A stretch of 62,107 nt of DNA, taken from Bacteroidota bacterium. Its GTDB lineage: Bacteria > Bacteroidota > Bacteroidia > JABEUT01. The translations under genes were made by a program, and so were the position numbers. The notes beneath the pieces were generated by a model. It was not told where the DNA came from and ran no database searches. It was given only the letters and a program-made list of their open reading frames with translations. The stretch is from positions 171-62,277 of the forward strand of contig JABDAL010000006.1 in the NCBI GenBank assembly GCA_013289165.1, read 5' to 3'. Positions 46,784-60,797 of the stretch are shown in pieces; position 1 is the stretch's first letter, and each line of letters opens with the position of its first letter.

Positions 46784-47230
46784 TTATAAATAGTAATTAA
46801 AATGAACAACTTTTTCAGCAGATGCTTTTGTTTTATGATAAAAGTTTACTGCTTCCATATCTTCTTCGTTGGCCTCTACAAACATGGTTTTGATATTGTG
46901 AATAGAGCAATAGTTCTTTAAAAAGTCAATTAGCTTATGGCCAATACCCGTTCGTTGATGTTCTTTTAAAATTGCAATATCATATAAGTATGCTTCGGAA
47001 TATGTATCGTAATAAGAACTCATTATATAGGCTGTAGCCCCACCCACCACTTTATTATTGAGCATGGCTACTACACAAACAAAAGAAGAATCTTTCAACA
47101 GTTTTTTAAAATAACTATCAGGAGGTGCTTGCCCGGGGCCCATTTCGAATACATTTCGGAATACGCCAATCAGTTCTCTTAACTCATCTAAGCAGGAGGT
47201 ATCCAGCTTTTTTATTTTGGGGATAGACAT
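46784..47230 (-). CDS. GNAT N-acetyltransferase, AAC(3)-I-like
   Basis: VVGGATAY...SEAYLYDIAI..EHQRTGIG..LI, FVEA..ED.EA..FY. Confidence 0.85.
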   Translation of the reverse strand: MSIPKIKKLDTSCLDELRELIGVFRNVFEMGPGQAPPDSYFKKLLKDSSFVCVVAMLNNKVVGGATAYIMSSYYDTYSEAYLYDIAILKEHQRTGIGHKLIDFLKNYCSIHNIKTMFVEANEEDMEAVNFYHKTKASAEKVVHFNYYL

Positions 47231-47436
47231 ACTAGTACAAATTTATAAAAAAGAAGAATGCATCTTATTAGAGAGACAGTAGGGGGATGGAACCTTTTCC
47301 TAAAAATTGCGTTAAACCTTTGCTACGTATAAAAGCGGAGAAAGACACTTAAAAAATATTTGACTGATTTAGAATGAATTACCCTGTATGTTAATTAAAT
47401 GTGAACATTCTGATGCCGACCAATTGTAAAACGTAC

Positions 47437-47616
47437 TATTTTTGCATCCCTTTTAAAGAAAACGTTCTTAGAAAAGCAGCTTAAATTTACATAAAAATGT
47501 TCTGAAATCCTTGCCCAAAGCCACTTTAAAGGTTTAGGGCAAACAAGAACCAACACAAGGACTGAAAAAATATTTTTCGAAAAGTGTTGGAGGTATTGAA
47601 ATCATGTGTACATTTG
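47437..47616 (+). promoter_or_regulatory. Tandem rrn promoters (P1 TATTTTTG 47437-47444; P2 TACATTTG 47609-47616)
   Basis: Two TAnnTTTG elements, each followed by CA(T/G)CCCTTT. TTGG -33 element near 47587. boxA-like GTTCTTTGA near 47693. Confidence 0.65.
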
Positions 47617-47834
47617 CAGCCCTTTAAAAAAAGGGAAACGAAAATAGAGTGTTGAAATCCGCTTAGAAATAGGCGGAAATTATATACAGAAAGTTCTTTG
47701 AAGTATTGAAGAAGATAAGATAGCGGGCTAAGTTGTTTCGTGGGTTTTATTCCCGGAACAATGAGAAACCAATTCCAGATGAAATTTCTATAACTAATGC
47801 AGGAATGCATAACAGTTAGGATAAACTCAAACAT

Positions 47835-49359
<1,525 letters not shown>

Positions 49360-49443
49360 TTAGAGCGAATTGGTTTTATTTGCTCGCTATCTTGCTTCTT
49401 TAATTTTTCCCAATGCGAGATAACCCTGTAACCAATGGGGCAC

Positions 49444-49492
49444 GGACTATAGCTAACAGCTATCAGCTAATGGCTACAAGCCAACAGCCGCA
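49444..49492. repeat. Heptamer tandem repeat in the 16S-tRNA-Ile spacer
   Basis: ggactat-agctaac-agctatc-agctaat-ggctaca-agccaac-agccgca. Confidence 0.7.
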
Positions 49493-49496
49493 AAAC

Positions 49497-49570
49497 AGTC
49501 CCGTAGCTCAGTTGGTTAGAGCACTACACTGATAATGTAGGGGTCGGCAGTTCAAATCTGCCCGGGACTA
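49497..49570 (+). tRNA. tRNA-Ile (GAT)
   Basis: Acceptor stem AGTCCCG/CGGGACT, anticodon arm CTACA-CTGATAA-TGTAG, T-loop GTTCAAATC. Confidence 0.97.
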
Positions 49571-49610
49571 CTTATAAGCCTCCTACAGCGTGTAGGAAGC
49601 AAACTCGTTT

Positions 49611-49684
49611 GGGGAATTAGCTCAGCTGGCTAGAGCACCTGCTTTGCAAGCAGGGGGTCATCGGTTCGACTCCGATATTCTCCA
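49611..49684 (+). tRNA. tRNA-Ala (TGC)
   Basis: GGGGAAT/ATTCTCC acceptor with G3:U70, anticodon arm CCTGC-TTTGCAA-GCAGG, GTTCGACTC. Confidence 0.97.
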
Positions 49685-49789
49685 CAATGTCCAACTTGTT
49701 GTTATGGTTGGATGGCGTTCTTTGACATAATAATTAGAAAATACAACAATGATCTATAACAGAGGTCAATGTAAAACACAATTTTAGTA

Positions 49790-52674
<2,885 letters not shown>

Positions 52675-52746
52675 TGCAGATTTTGTTTTATATTGCCCTC
52701 TGAGATCTTGTTGTATTTTCTATAATTATGTCGAACTTATTAGACC

Positions 52747-52812
52747 GATTTGGTAATATGGTGATTTGATAATTTGGTAATTCGCATTATCAAATCACCA
52801 TATTATCAAATC
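52747..52812. repeat. 27-bp hairpin built from octamer repeats in the 23S-5S spacer
   Basis: GATTTGGTAATATGGTGATTTGATAAT, 12-nt loop, ATTATCAAATCACCATATTATCAAATC. One G:U pair. Confidence 0.9.
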
Positions 52813-52823
52813 ATCTTATAGTC

Positions 52824-52935
52824 TTAGGGTGACTATAGAAGCGGGGTTCACCTCTTCCCATTTCGAACAGAGAAGTTAAGACCGCCTTCGCAGATGGTAC
52901 TGCCCAAAAAGCGGTAGAGTATGTTGTTGCCCACT
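52824..52935 (+). rRNA. rrf: 5S ribosomal RNA
   Basis: CACCTCTTCCCATTTCGAACAGAGAAGTTAAG, GATGGTACTG, GAGTA. Ends approximate. Confidence 0.96.
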
Positions 52936-52940
52936 TTTAG

Positions 52941-52969
52941 AACCCCGGTAGAAATACCGGGGTTTTTTT
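52941..52969 (+). terminator. rrn operon intrinsic terminator
   Basis: AACCCCGGTA-GAAA-TACCGGGGTT followed by a T-tract. Confidence 0.92.
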
Positions 52970-53026
52970 ATTTATATCACTATCTTTTTATTTGTCTTAT
53001 TATTCTATATATCTTTAAATTCTAAG

Positions 53027-53236
53027 ATGATACTGAAAGAACTAAATAATAATAAAACAACACTTTCCTTGCTTGATTTACTTGGAAAAGATGAGAATGC
53101 TTTATCAAAAGCTTTTGCACATTTATTATCCAGTGACCAGGATTGCTATTTTAAGTTCTTACATTTTGTAGGTGTCACCGCTCAAAATAATAGAAAAAAT
53201 TTCTTTCAATCTAAAATTTTTATACAACTTGGATAG
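53027..53236 (+). pseudogene. N-terminal fragment of a hypothetical, possibly PD-(D/E)XK nuclease-family, protein
   Basis: AT-rich 69-aa ORF with 'ENALSKAFAHLL' (E-N-x-x-S-x-x-x-A-x-L-L), ending abruptly. Confidence 0.4.
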
Positions 53237-53281
53237 GCCTTGCAAAATGTGATACCGTTCCGGCAAGAATGTACAATTTCC

Positions 53282-53491
53282 CCAATCAAGGTGAGTAATC
53301 GTATATCCAGTGTGATACATACTATCCCGGAGTTCCCTGAAATGTATAAACAGGATGATTTGAAAACAAAGAACGATGGGAGTTTTCGGGTATTTGTTCA
53401 AGACAGAATCAGAATTTCATATCAAATTACACCAAGGAGAATCTATATTGTAATGGTAAGACATACCTCCCAAGAACCAATAGACTATTAA
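53282..53491 (+). pseudogene. C-terminal part of a RelE/ParE-family toxin
   Basis: IPEFPEMY..D.LK..NDGSFR.F....RISYQI....IYIV.VRHTSQEP is a RelE/ParE-type C-terminus. No normal N-terminus or antitoxin gene. Confidence 0.6.
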
Positions 53492-53539
53492 GAGAAATAT
53501 TTGTAAAACAATTCTACCTTTGTATAAAATCAATCATTT

Positions 53540-53779
53540 ATGATGGTATCTGATATAAAACTCTATGAAATATTAAAACAAAAGTTGGGCGATAAAGAAG
53601 CCGAAGCTTTGGTGGAGTTTATAGATTCAAAATTAAAAGAGCAGGAAGAACAAAATGCCCGTTTACTTGCCACCAAGCAGGACATGGATATAAAAATAAA
53701 TGACCTTTTGAAGTGGATGGTGGTATTGTGGATAAGCCAATTGGTTGGTGTTGCAGCCCTGCTTAAGATGTTCCACTAG
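53540..53779 (+). CDS. Small coiled-coil plus TM protein (DUF1640/CCDC90-like)
   Basis: LYEILK.KLG.KEAE.LV, ATKQD motif, LLKWMV TM tail. TACCTTTG upstream. Confidence 0.7.
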   Translation: MMVSDIKLYEILKQKLGDKEAEALVEFIDSKLKEQEEQNARLLATKQDMDIKINDLLKWMVVLWISQLVGVAALLKMFH

Positions 53780-53795
53780 AAGTATTATCTTTTTG

Positions 53796-53825
53796 AAAGT
53801 CCCCGAAAGCAATCCGGGGCTTTTT
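53796..53825 (+). terminator. Intrinsic terminator
   Basis: AAAG(T)CCCCG...CGGGGC-TTTTT. Confidence 0.6.
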
Positions 53826-53868
53826 GTTTCAATGATTGGGTACATTTGCCGGGTAAAAACATTTGCGA

Positions 53869-54510
53869 ATGGAAATGAATGATGATGTATCTGTTTTGCT
53901 AAGGTATTTTACCTTAACGGAAACACAGCAAAGGCATTTTGAAAAGTTAGGTACGTTATATCATGAATGGAACCAAAAGATAAATCTCATTTCCCGCAAG
54001 GATATGGAGCATTTGTACTTGCACCATATTCTGCATTCATTGAGCATTGCTAAGGTGATAAGCTTTGCAGACGGAACCAAAATTATGGATGTAGGAACAG
54101 GAGGAGGATTGCCCGGAATACCACTTGCCATCCTGTTTCCAAAATGTTCTTTTCTGTTGGTTGATTCTATTGGGAAAAAAGTAAGAGTAGTACAGGAAAT
54201 AGTTAATTCGCTAGGACTCAATAATGCCCTTGCCCTAAATTCCCGTGCCGAAAATTTAGATGACAGGGTTGATTTTATAACCGGGAGAGCTGTAAGCAGC
54301 ATAAGCGAGTTTTATTTCCGCGTGGAACGTTTGATTATACGCAATAAAAAAACTACCAACACTCTGCCAAATGGCTTACTATACCTGGCAGGTGGAGATA
54401 TTGAGGAAGACCTTAAGCCATTTAAGAAGAAAGCAACTATCTATCCCATTAGCACCTGGTTCAGCGAAGAATATTTTGAAAGGAAAAAGGTAGTACATAT
54501 CAAGAAATAA
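53869..54510 (+). CDS. rsmG: 16S rRNA (guanine(527)-N7)-methyltransferase
   Basis: WNQKINLISRKD, HILHSL, DVGTGGGLPGIPLAI, DSIGKK, RAE, GRAV. Confidence 0.95.
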   Translation: MEMNDDVSVLLRYFTLTETQQRHFEKLGTLYHEWNQKINLISRKDMEHLYLHHILHSLSIAKVISFADGTKIMDVGTGGGLPGIPLAILFPKCSFLLVDSIGKKVRVVQEIVNSLGLNNALALNSRAENLDDRVDFITGRAVSSISEFYFRVERLIIRNKKTTNTLPNGLLYLAGGDIEEDLKPFKKKATIYPISTWFSEEYFERKKVVHIKK

Positions 54511-54515
54511 CTAAA

Positions 54516-55100
54516 CTACTCTTGCCATAAAAAGCTTGGAATGTTGGTAGATTTTATACTTTCATAATAAGTTTTGCCACTGTTTGTTTTTCCTACCCTA
54601 TATAAGACGGTATCATATCCATCTGGGCGGACTTGTTTTATAAACTCTTGTTTGGTGCGCACCCCTTTTTCATCATAATAATTTATCAGCAGAAAATTGT
54701 CTTTAGTAGTAACAACTTCAAATTTTAACTTTCCATTCTCATGCCAGCCTTTGTCATACTCCTTGCGCAATGCTGAAAAAATATATTCACTATCTGAATG
54801 GTTGTATATCCTTCCCGTATCTTTTTCTTTCATCCACCCCATTTGCCTTTTTGCACCGCTTTCATACCACGATTTCATTTTATATACCCACTCACCTTTC
54901 CAATAGCGGACGTACTGCTTCTGCCCATTTGCATAGTAATAAACAAAACGTTCATTCAAAGAGTCCCCTCTTTTATAATGACGAACCGCTTTAAGTTTCC
55001 CGTCAGGATAGCGTCCAAGTATTTTTGTTTTGGGATAACAGGAAATAAAGTAAACAGATAAGATTAAAAGAGCTGAAAAAAGCCGCTTATTAACTTTCAT
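54516..55100 (-). CDS. Hypothetical lipoprotein with MORN-variant repeats
   Basis: Lipobox FISC. Repeats YPDG, YYANG, WYESG, WHENG, YYDEKG. Confidence 0.75.
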   Translation of the reverse strand: MKVNKRLFSALLILSVYFISCYPKTKILGRYPDGKLKAVRHYKRGDSLNERFVYYYANGQKQYVRYWKGEWVYKMKSWYESGAKRQMGWMKEKDTGRIYNHSDSEYIFSALRKEYDKGWHENGKLKFEVVTTKDNFLLINYYDEKGVRTKQEFIKQVRPDGYDTVLYRVGKTNSGKTYYESIKSTNIPSFLWQE

Positions 55101-55240
55101 TCTGCCATATTTGATATTGTATAAACGGCTTTCAATAAGAAAAATTGTATTTTAAATATGCTTTCAGATTCTTCACTTCATTGCAAGTGAGGAGTCTGCT
55201 TGCAAAGGAAAATAATACCTTTGATTTCAAAAATGTACCT

Positions 55241-58200
55241 ATGCTAAAAAGACGCCTATTATTGTTTCTACTCCTAGCTCTCAGTTCTTCGCTCCTCACT
55301 CTTTCTGCCCAGCCTTTCAATCCCTCTCTTTTTAATTGTATGAAGTGGAGGTGCATCGGCCCCTTTCGCGGTGGGCGTGCTATTGGGGCCTGTGGTGTAA
55401 TAGGGCACCCGAATGTATTTTATATGGGTGTTAATGATGGAGGAGTTTGGAAAACTGATGACTATGGCAGAACATGGCAACCCATATTTGATGACCAACC
55501 TACAGGCTCTATTGGCGATGTGGAAGTGGCTCCATCTAATCCCGATGTTATTTATGTGGGTAGTGGAGAAGGTGTTCAACGCCCTGACTTATCGGTTGGA
55601 GATGGAATGTATAAATCAACGGATGGGGGTAAAACATGGATACACCTGGGATTGGAAGATGCTTATCAAATCGGGGGGCTTGCTATTGACCCTAAAAATG
55701 AAAACCGTGTATTTGTAGCTGCGCTGGGGCATCCTTACGGCCCCAATGCTGAACGGGGAGTTTTCCGCACTACCGATGGAGGTAAAACTTGGGAGAAGGT
55801 TTTATTTATGGATGAAAATACGGGTGCTATACAGGTAACCATAGACCCGGTTAATACGAATATAATATATGCTGATATGTTTGCTGCGCGGCAGGGCCCT
55901 TGGGAAAATGGGGAATTTACGGGTCCGCAAAGTGGTTTGTTTAAATCGGTGGATGGGGGCAATACATGGAAAAGATTAGAAAAAGGTTTACCCGGAAAGA
56001 ATGAAGGCCTTGGCAGGATTGGATTTTGCATTTCGCCATCGAATACAAACCGGATGTATGCTGTAATAAGTTCTAAAAAAGGGGGCGGTATTTATCGCAG
56101 CGATGATGCAGGAGAATCGTGGATATTGATGAGTAATGATATCCGCTATTGGGATAGGGGAGATGACTTTGCTGAAATGAAAGCAGACCCCAAAAATCCT
56201 GATGTAGTATATGATATTAATGTGGTGAGTTGGAAATCGGTAGATGGAGGCAAAACATGGACAGGCTGGAAGGGCGCACCGGGAGGAGATGATTACCACC
56301 GTTTATGGATTAATCCCGATAACCCGGATGTTATTTTATTGGCAGGCGACCAGGGCGCAGCAATTACGGTGAACGGTGGCAGAACATGGAGTTCCTGGTA
56401 TAATCAGCCTACTGCCCAGTTTTATCACGTAAGTGCTGACAATGCTTTACCCTATAACGTATATAGCGGGCAGCAGGAAAGCGGCTCGGTTGGAATTGCT
56501 TCCCGCGGAAATGACGGGCAAATAACAGACCGGGATTGGCATCCTGTATCGGCTGAAGAATATGGCTATGTGGTGGCTGACCCGCTTGACCCCAATATTG
56601 TTTACGGTGGAAAAATATCAAAGTACGATAAACGCACAGGCCAGGTTCAGGATATATCCCCTAATTGCCACAATGGTAAGTACCGCTTCATAAGGACAGC
56701 GCCCATTGTGTTTTCGCCCATTGATAAGAAGACCCTTTATTTTGCAGGAAATGTAGTTTTCAAAACATCGGATGGTGGCAATTCATGGGATATAATCTCT
56801 CCCGATCTTACCCGTGTGAGCTACCACATACCTGCCAGTGTGGGCGTATATTCTAATGACACCATGCAGCATATGCAGAGGCGGGGAGTGGTTTACACCA
56901 TTGCTTTATCTCCGCTGGATGAAAACCTTATATGGGCAGGTTCGGATGATGGGCTGATTCATATAACCCACAATGGTGGCGGGTCGTGGCAAGATGTAAC
57001 TCCCCCGGTAATAACCGACTGGAACAAAATATCTATGCTTGAAGCAAGCCATACCGACGTGAACGAAGCTTACGCCGCAGTAAATTGCATAAGGGTAAAT
57101 GATGAACACCCACATATTTATAGAACAAAGGATGGAGGCAAAACCTGGAAAGAAATTGTGGATGGATTGCCGGAAGCACCTGTCAATTCTGTGAAAGAAG
57201 ACCCTGTGAGAAAGGGCTTGTTGTTTGCAGGCTCTGAAAGAGCAGTGTATGTTTCATTTGATGACGGTGAGCATTGGCAATCGTTACGGCTCAATATGCC
57301 GGCCACCTCTATACGCGACCTGGTAATTAAAGATAATGATCTTGTTGTTGCTACACATGGACGTTCTTTCTGGATATTGGATAATATAACCTCATTAAGG
57401 CAGATTACTAAAACTATAACGAAAGACGATGCGACACTTTACCAACCCGAAGCTGCTTACCGTGTGCGCTGGGATATGTGGCCCGATACACCTTTGCCCG
57501 CCGATGAACCAGCCGGGAAAAATCCCCCGGATGGAGCCATCATAGATTATTATTTGAAAGAAAAAAGTGCGAATGAAGTTACACTTGATATACTCGATTC
57601 AGCGGGAAATGCTGTAAGGCATTATAGCAGCCGGGACAGTATGTATAAAATTCCGGCAGTGAACATTCCCTTGTACTGGATTCGCCCGCAACAAATACTT
57701 TCTGCTGATTCCGGTTCGCATCGCTTCTTATGGGATTTGCATTATACGCCACTTACTATCCCACCTTCTTATCCTATTTCTGCTGTTGTTGCAGAAACGG
57801 CTCCTGGAGCCACATCTCCCTGGGTAATGCCCGGAGCCTATAAGGTTAAACTTACTGTGAATGGGAAAAGTTATATACAATCGCTCACTGTAGAAATGGA
57901 CCCGAGAGTGAAATCATCTAACAGTGATTTAATAGAACAACACGATTATTCCATGCTCTGCTATCATGATGAGCAAAAGGGTATGTTAATAGTTGATAAT
58001 ACAGATACTCTGCAAGCCCAATTACGAATAGCGTCCGGGCATATTCCATTGGGAAGACATGACAGTTTGAGAAATGAAATAGATACCTGTTATTTCAAAT
58101 TGGGAATGATAAATCGTTTATTGACGGAAAGTGCAGCAAGAGGGCAAGCGCCTCTAAACAGCGAATTACAGGAATTGTCCGGAATGATAGAAGGAGTGGA

Positions 58201-58354
58201 TGCACGGCCTACTACACAATGCATTGCCGAAGTTAATGCAGTGGATGCACGATTTAATAAAATAGAACATGACTGGGAACTGTTGCAACAAGAATTACAA
58301 AAGTTAAACTCTATGCTGCAAACCGGTGGATTGGCAGAAGTAAAATGGAAATGA
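55241..58354 (+). CDS. BNR/Asp-box repeat (VPS10/sortilin-like) beta-propeller glycosyl hydrolase-like protein
   Basis: WRCIGPFRGGR and many (S/T)xDGGxTW Asp-boxes, PTAQFY, ATHGRSFW, NPPDGA. Signal peptide from ATG 55241. Confidence 0.9.
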   Translation: MLKRRLLLFLLLALSSSLLTLSAQPFNPSLFNCMKWRCIGPFRGGRAIGACGVIGHPNVFYMGVNDGGVWKTDDYGRTWQPIFDDQPTGSIGDVEVAPSNPDVIYVGSGEGVQRPDLSVGDGMYKSTDGGKTWIHLGLEDAYQIGGLAIDPKNENRVFVAALGHPYGPNAERGVFRTTDGGKTWEKVLFMDENTGAIQVTIDPVNTNIIYADMFAARQGPWENGEFTGPQSGLFKSVDGGNTWKRLEKGLPGKNEGLGRIGFCISPSNTNRMYAVISSKKGGGIYRSDDAGESWILMSNDIRYWDRGDDFAEMKADPKNPDVVYDINVVSWKSVDGGKTWTGWKGAPGGDDYHRLWINPDNPDVILLAGDQGAAITVNGGRTWSSWYNQPTAQFYHVSADNALPYNVYSGQQESGSVGIASRGNDGQITDRDWHPVSAEEYGYVVADPLDPNIVYGGKISKYDKRTGQVQDISPNCHNGKYRFIRTAPIVFSPIDKKTLYFAGNVVFKTSDGGNSWDIISPDLTRVSYHIPASVGVYSNDTMQHMQRRGVVYTIALSPLDENLIWAGSDDGLIHITHNGGGSWQDVTPPVITDWNKISMLEASHTDVNEAYAAVNCIRVNDEHPHIYRTKDGGKTWKEIVDGLPEAPVNSVKEDPVRKGLLFAGSERAVYVSFDDGEHWQSLRLNMPATSIRDLVIKDNDLVVATHGRSFWILDNITSLRQITKTITKDDATLYQPEAAYRVRWDMWPDTPLPADEPAGKNPPDGAIIDYYLKEKSANEVTLDILDSAGNAVRHYSSRDSMYKIPAVNIPLYWIRPQQILSADSGSHRFLWDLHYTPLTIPPSYPISAVVAETAPGATSPWVMPGAYKVKLTVNGKSYIQSLTVEMDPRVKSSNSDLIEQHDYSMLCYHDEQKGMLIVDNTDTLQAQLRIASGHIPLGRHDSLRNEIDTCYFKLGMINRLLTESAARGQAPLNSELQELSGMIEGVDARPTTQCIAEVNAVDARFNKIEHDWELLQQELQKLNSMLQTGGLAEVKWK

Positions 58355-58358
58355 TTTT

Positions 58359-60797
58359 CTAACTTGTTGACCCTGCCCGTTTCTTTTCTTCTTCAGCCCC
58401 GCCTTTGCTATGCATAGATTGTGAGGAGGGTGACCTTCCGAAGCTATAGGTAAATGATACCCCTACATATCTTGTATCTCTTCTCACAAAAACTGCCTGG
58501 TTGAATGTATTAAAGGTGGTAGTTCCCCGGGTGGTATTAGTCCAGAAGATGTCATTGGCATTTAACTTTAGGGTGCCTTTGCTTTTCAAGATACTCATCT
58601 TTACTCCTACAGCTGCCCACCATGAACCTTGAATATACAAATATCCCAGGTCGTAGCCTGAGTTATAGGATGCCGTTACCTCGGCACTTAATTTTTTATT
58701 CAGTGTGAAATTATTCATACCGAAAGCATCAAACAAAAACCGGTTTGTATTTAAGGGGCTGTTTGAAAGTGTAGCTTCATAATGGCTAAGGTAAGCATCG
58801 GCGCTTGCGTTAATATCCCACCATTTGGCAAATTGATGCACAATGGAAAGGCTGGCTCCGTAGTAATCATACGTGGCAAGGTTTTCTTCTGTTTGCTGCA
58901 CAATATTTTGATCGCCGGGAATGGGGAAGATTACCGTTTCAATAGCATTGGTGGTATGTGTGTAAGTAAGGCTCAGGCTATAGTCGTCTTTATAGGTATC
59001 GGATAATTGGAGTGAATATGCGCTTTGGGGAATAAGATATGGGTTGCCCTGTAAGTAAAAGGTAGGGTTCACATATATCCTGAATGGATTTAATTGATCG
59101 TATGTGGGGCGGTCAATGCGGCGAGAGGCAGAAAGCCCCAATTGATTATCTTTTGTGAGAGAATCATTTATGGAAATATTTGGAAATAGTTGAATGATGT
59201 TGTGTGCAAATGTTTGTCCCGTGGTAACTTGGTCACCGTTTGCAATGGTTTGTTCGGTACGCATACCAAGCTCTACACTTGCCTTGTGAATATTTTTAGT
59301 ATAAGTCAGGTAGCCTGCATTAATGTTTTCCGAATAGATAAAATGATTGCTTTGAGTAGTATCAACGGGGGCGGAAGCATCTGTTCCGTCATATACCATT
59401 ACACTGTTATCAGTAGTTACATAACTGCTTTTAATACCCGTTTCTAATTTGCTATTCTTGCCAAGTTCCCCATCATAATCTGCTTTAAAGGAATAAATGC
59501 TGAGGTTTCCGGGAAGGTACCCATAATAATTAACGGGGCTTCCGGCACTTGTACCGTCAAGATTGTAATAATTAATCAAAATATTTTGGTACCCCTTACT
59601 GTGGTAATTGGCATAATCAATATTCACCAACAACTCCCGCCCCGTCGAATCAAAAGTATGTTTCATATTCAGGTTGCCCGAATAGTTATAAGTAGTATTT
59701 GGGTTCGTGCTGTTTGTGATATTGTATGATTGCAGGGCATCTAGGCCATTGTATACGTATGTGGTAGTAGTTTCAGAAGGGTTGAAGAACCGGGTTCCAC
59801 CATCGGCTATAAACCCAATAGTAGTTTTATCAGAAGCAAAAAAATCAGTGCCTATTCTTGCTGTATTAGTCTGGACGGGTGTCCGGAGATATTCATTTTG
59901 CAATGTGGCGCTTGCAAGTTGAGCGTTGGTATAGTAATTGCTTTGAAGTGTAACGGCATTGGCTGCACCCCGGTATGAATAGTTGTAGTTTGCAAACAGG
60001 TTAAACTTTTTTGTGCGCTTGCTAATACTGAAACCGTCATTACTCTTAGGATAAATTCCTTGGCTGTATCCTGCGTTTATAGATACATGTGTGCCAACAT
60101 ATTTATTCTTTTTCAAAATAATATTAATGATGCCTGCTGTGCCATTCGCATCATACTTGGCAGATGGATTGGTAATAAATTCAATCTTTTCGATAGATTC
60201 TGCCGGCATACCCTTCAACAAATTTGCGAGGTCGGTGGAAGACATGGGGGTTATGCGTCCATCTATCATTACCATTACATTTGATTTGCCATGTAAACTA
60301 ATATTGTCGTTTTGGTCAATTAGAACACCCGGCGAATGCTGGAGTACATCATATGCACTCCCCACTGCATTTAGCGGGCTTTGTTCCACATTCACCACCG
60401 TTTTATCGGCATAGTGCTGTATAACCGGGGTTTTACCCATCACCACTACTTCATTTAATGAATTTGCCTGGAGCCTTATAGCAGGAAGTGTAACCAATGG
60501 ATGTATACTATCTATTATAAATGGTGAGGAAAAATAATTTTTAAATCCTGTTTGGGCAACATAAATAGCATACCTGCCTTTCGCGACATTACTAAATTCT
60601 GCCGCGCCATCCTGCCCGCTAACTGTATACTGCACCATTGTTGAATCTTTTGCTCTTACCAGTTCTATAAATATTTCACCCAGTGGTTTCTGTTGCTGGT
60701 CGATAATTATTACATCTACTTTGCCTGTATTTTGAGCAAATACAGCACTCCCTATACTAATGAGTCCAATCAGGGGAATAAAAAATAGATGTTTCAT
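58359..60797 (-). CDS. TonB-dependent receptor / outer-membrane beta-barrel protein
   Basis: DKTVVNV, SPGV, IEKIEFITNPSAKYDA.G.AGIINI plug, RRIDRP.Y.QLNPF, GNPYL.P, FTYSFG. Confidence 0.9.
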   Translation of the reverse strand: MKHLFFIPLIGLISIGSAVFAQNTGKVDVIIIDQQQKPLGEIFIELVRAKDSTMVQYTVSGQDGAAEFSNVAKGRYAIYVAQTGFKNYFSSPFIIDSIHPLVTLPAIRLQANSLNEVVVMGKTPVIQHYADKTVVNVEQSPLNAVGSAYDVLQHSPGVLIDQNDNISLHGKSNVMVMIDGRITPMSSTDLANLLKGMPAESIEKIEFITNPSAKYDANGTAGIINIILKKNKYVGTHVSINAGYSQGIYPKSNDGFSISKRTKKFNLFANYNYSYRGAANAVTLQSNYYTNAQLASATLQNEYLRTPVQTNTARIGTDFFASDKTTIGFIADGGTRFFNPSETTTTYVYNGLDALQSYNITNSTNPNTTYNYSGNLNMKHTFDSTGRELLVNIDYANYHSKGYQNILINYYNLDGTSAGSPVNYYGYLPGNLSIYSFKADYDGELGKNSKLETGIKSSYVTTDNSVMVYDGTDASAPVDTTQSNHFIYSENINAGYLTYTKNIHKASVELGMRTEQTIANGDQVTTGQTFAHNIIQLFPNISINDSLTKDNQLGLSASRRIDRPTYDQLNPFRIYVNPTFYLQGNPYLIPQSAYSLQLSDTYKDDYSLSLTYTHTTNAIETVIFPIPGDQNIVQQTEENLATYDYYGASLSIVHQFAKWWDINASADAYLSHYEATLSNSPLNTNRFLFDAFGMNNFTLNKKLSAEVTASYNSGYDLGYLYIQGSWWAAVGVKMSILKSKGTLKLNANDIFWTNTTRGTTTFNTFNQAVFVRRDTRYVGVSFTYSFGRSPSSQSMHSKGGAEEEKKRAGSTS

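Noticed and set aside
49497-49684. tRNA genes lacking encoded CCA
   Set aside because: Common in Bacteroidota, where CCA is added post-transcriptionally.
54516-55100. YwqK-type antitoxin / toxin-antitoxin pair
   Set aside because: Only generic MORN-variant repeats on a lipoprotein, with no adjacent toxin gene.
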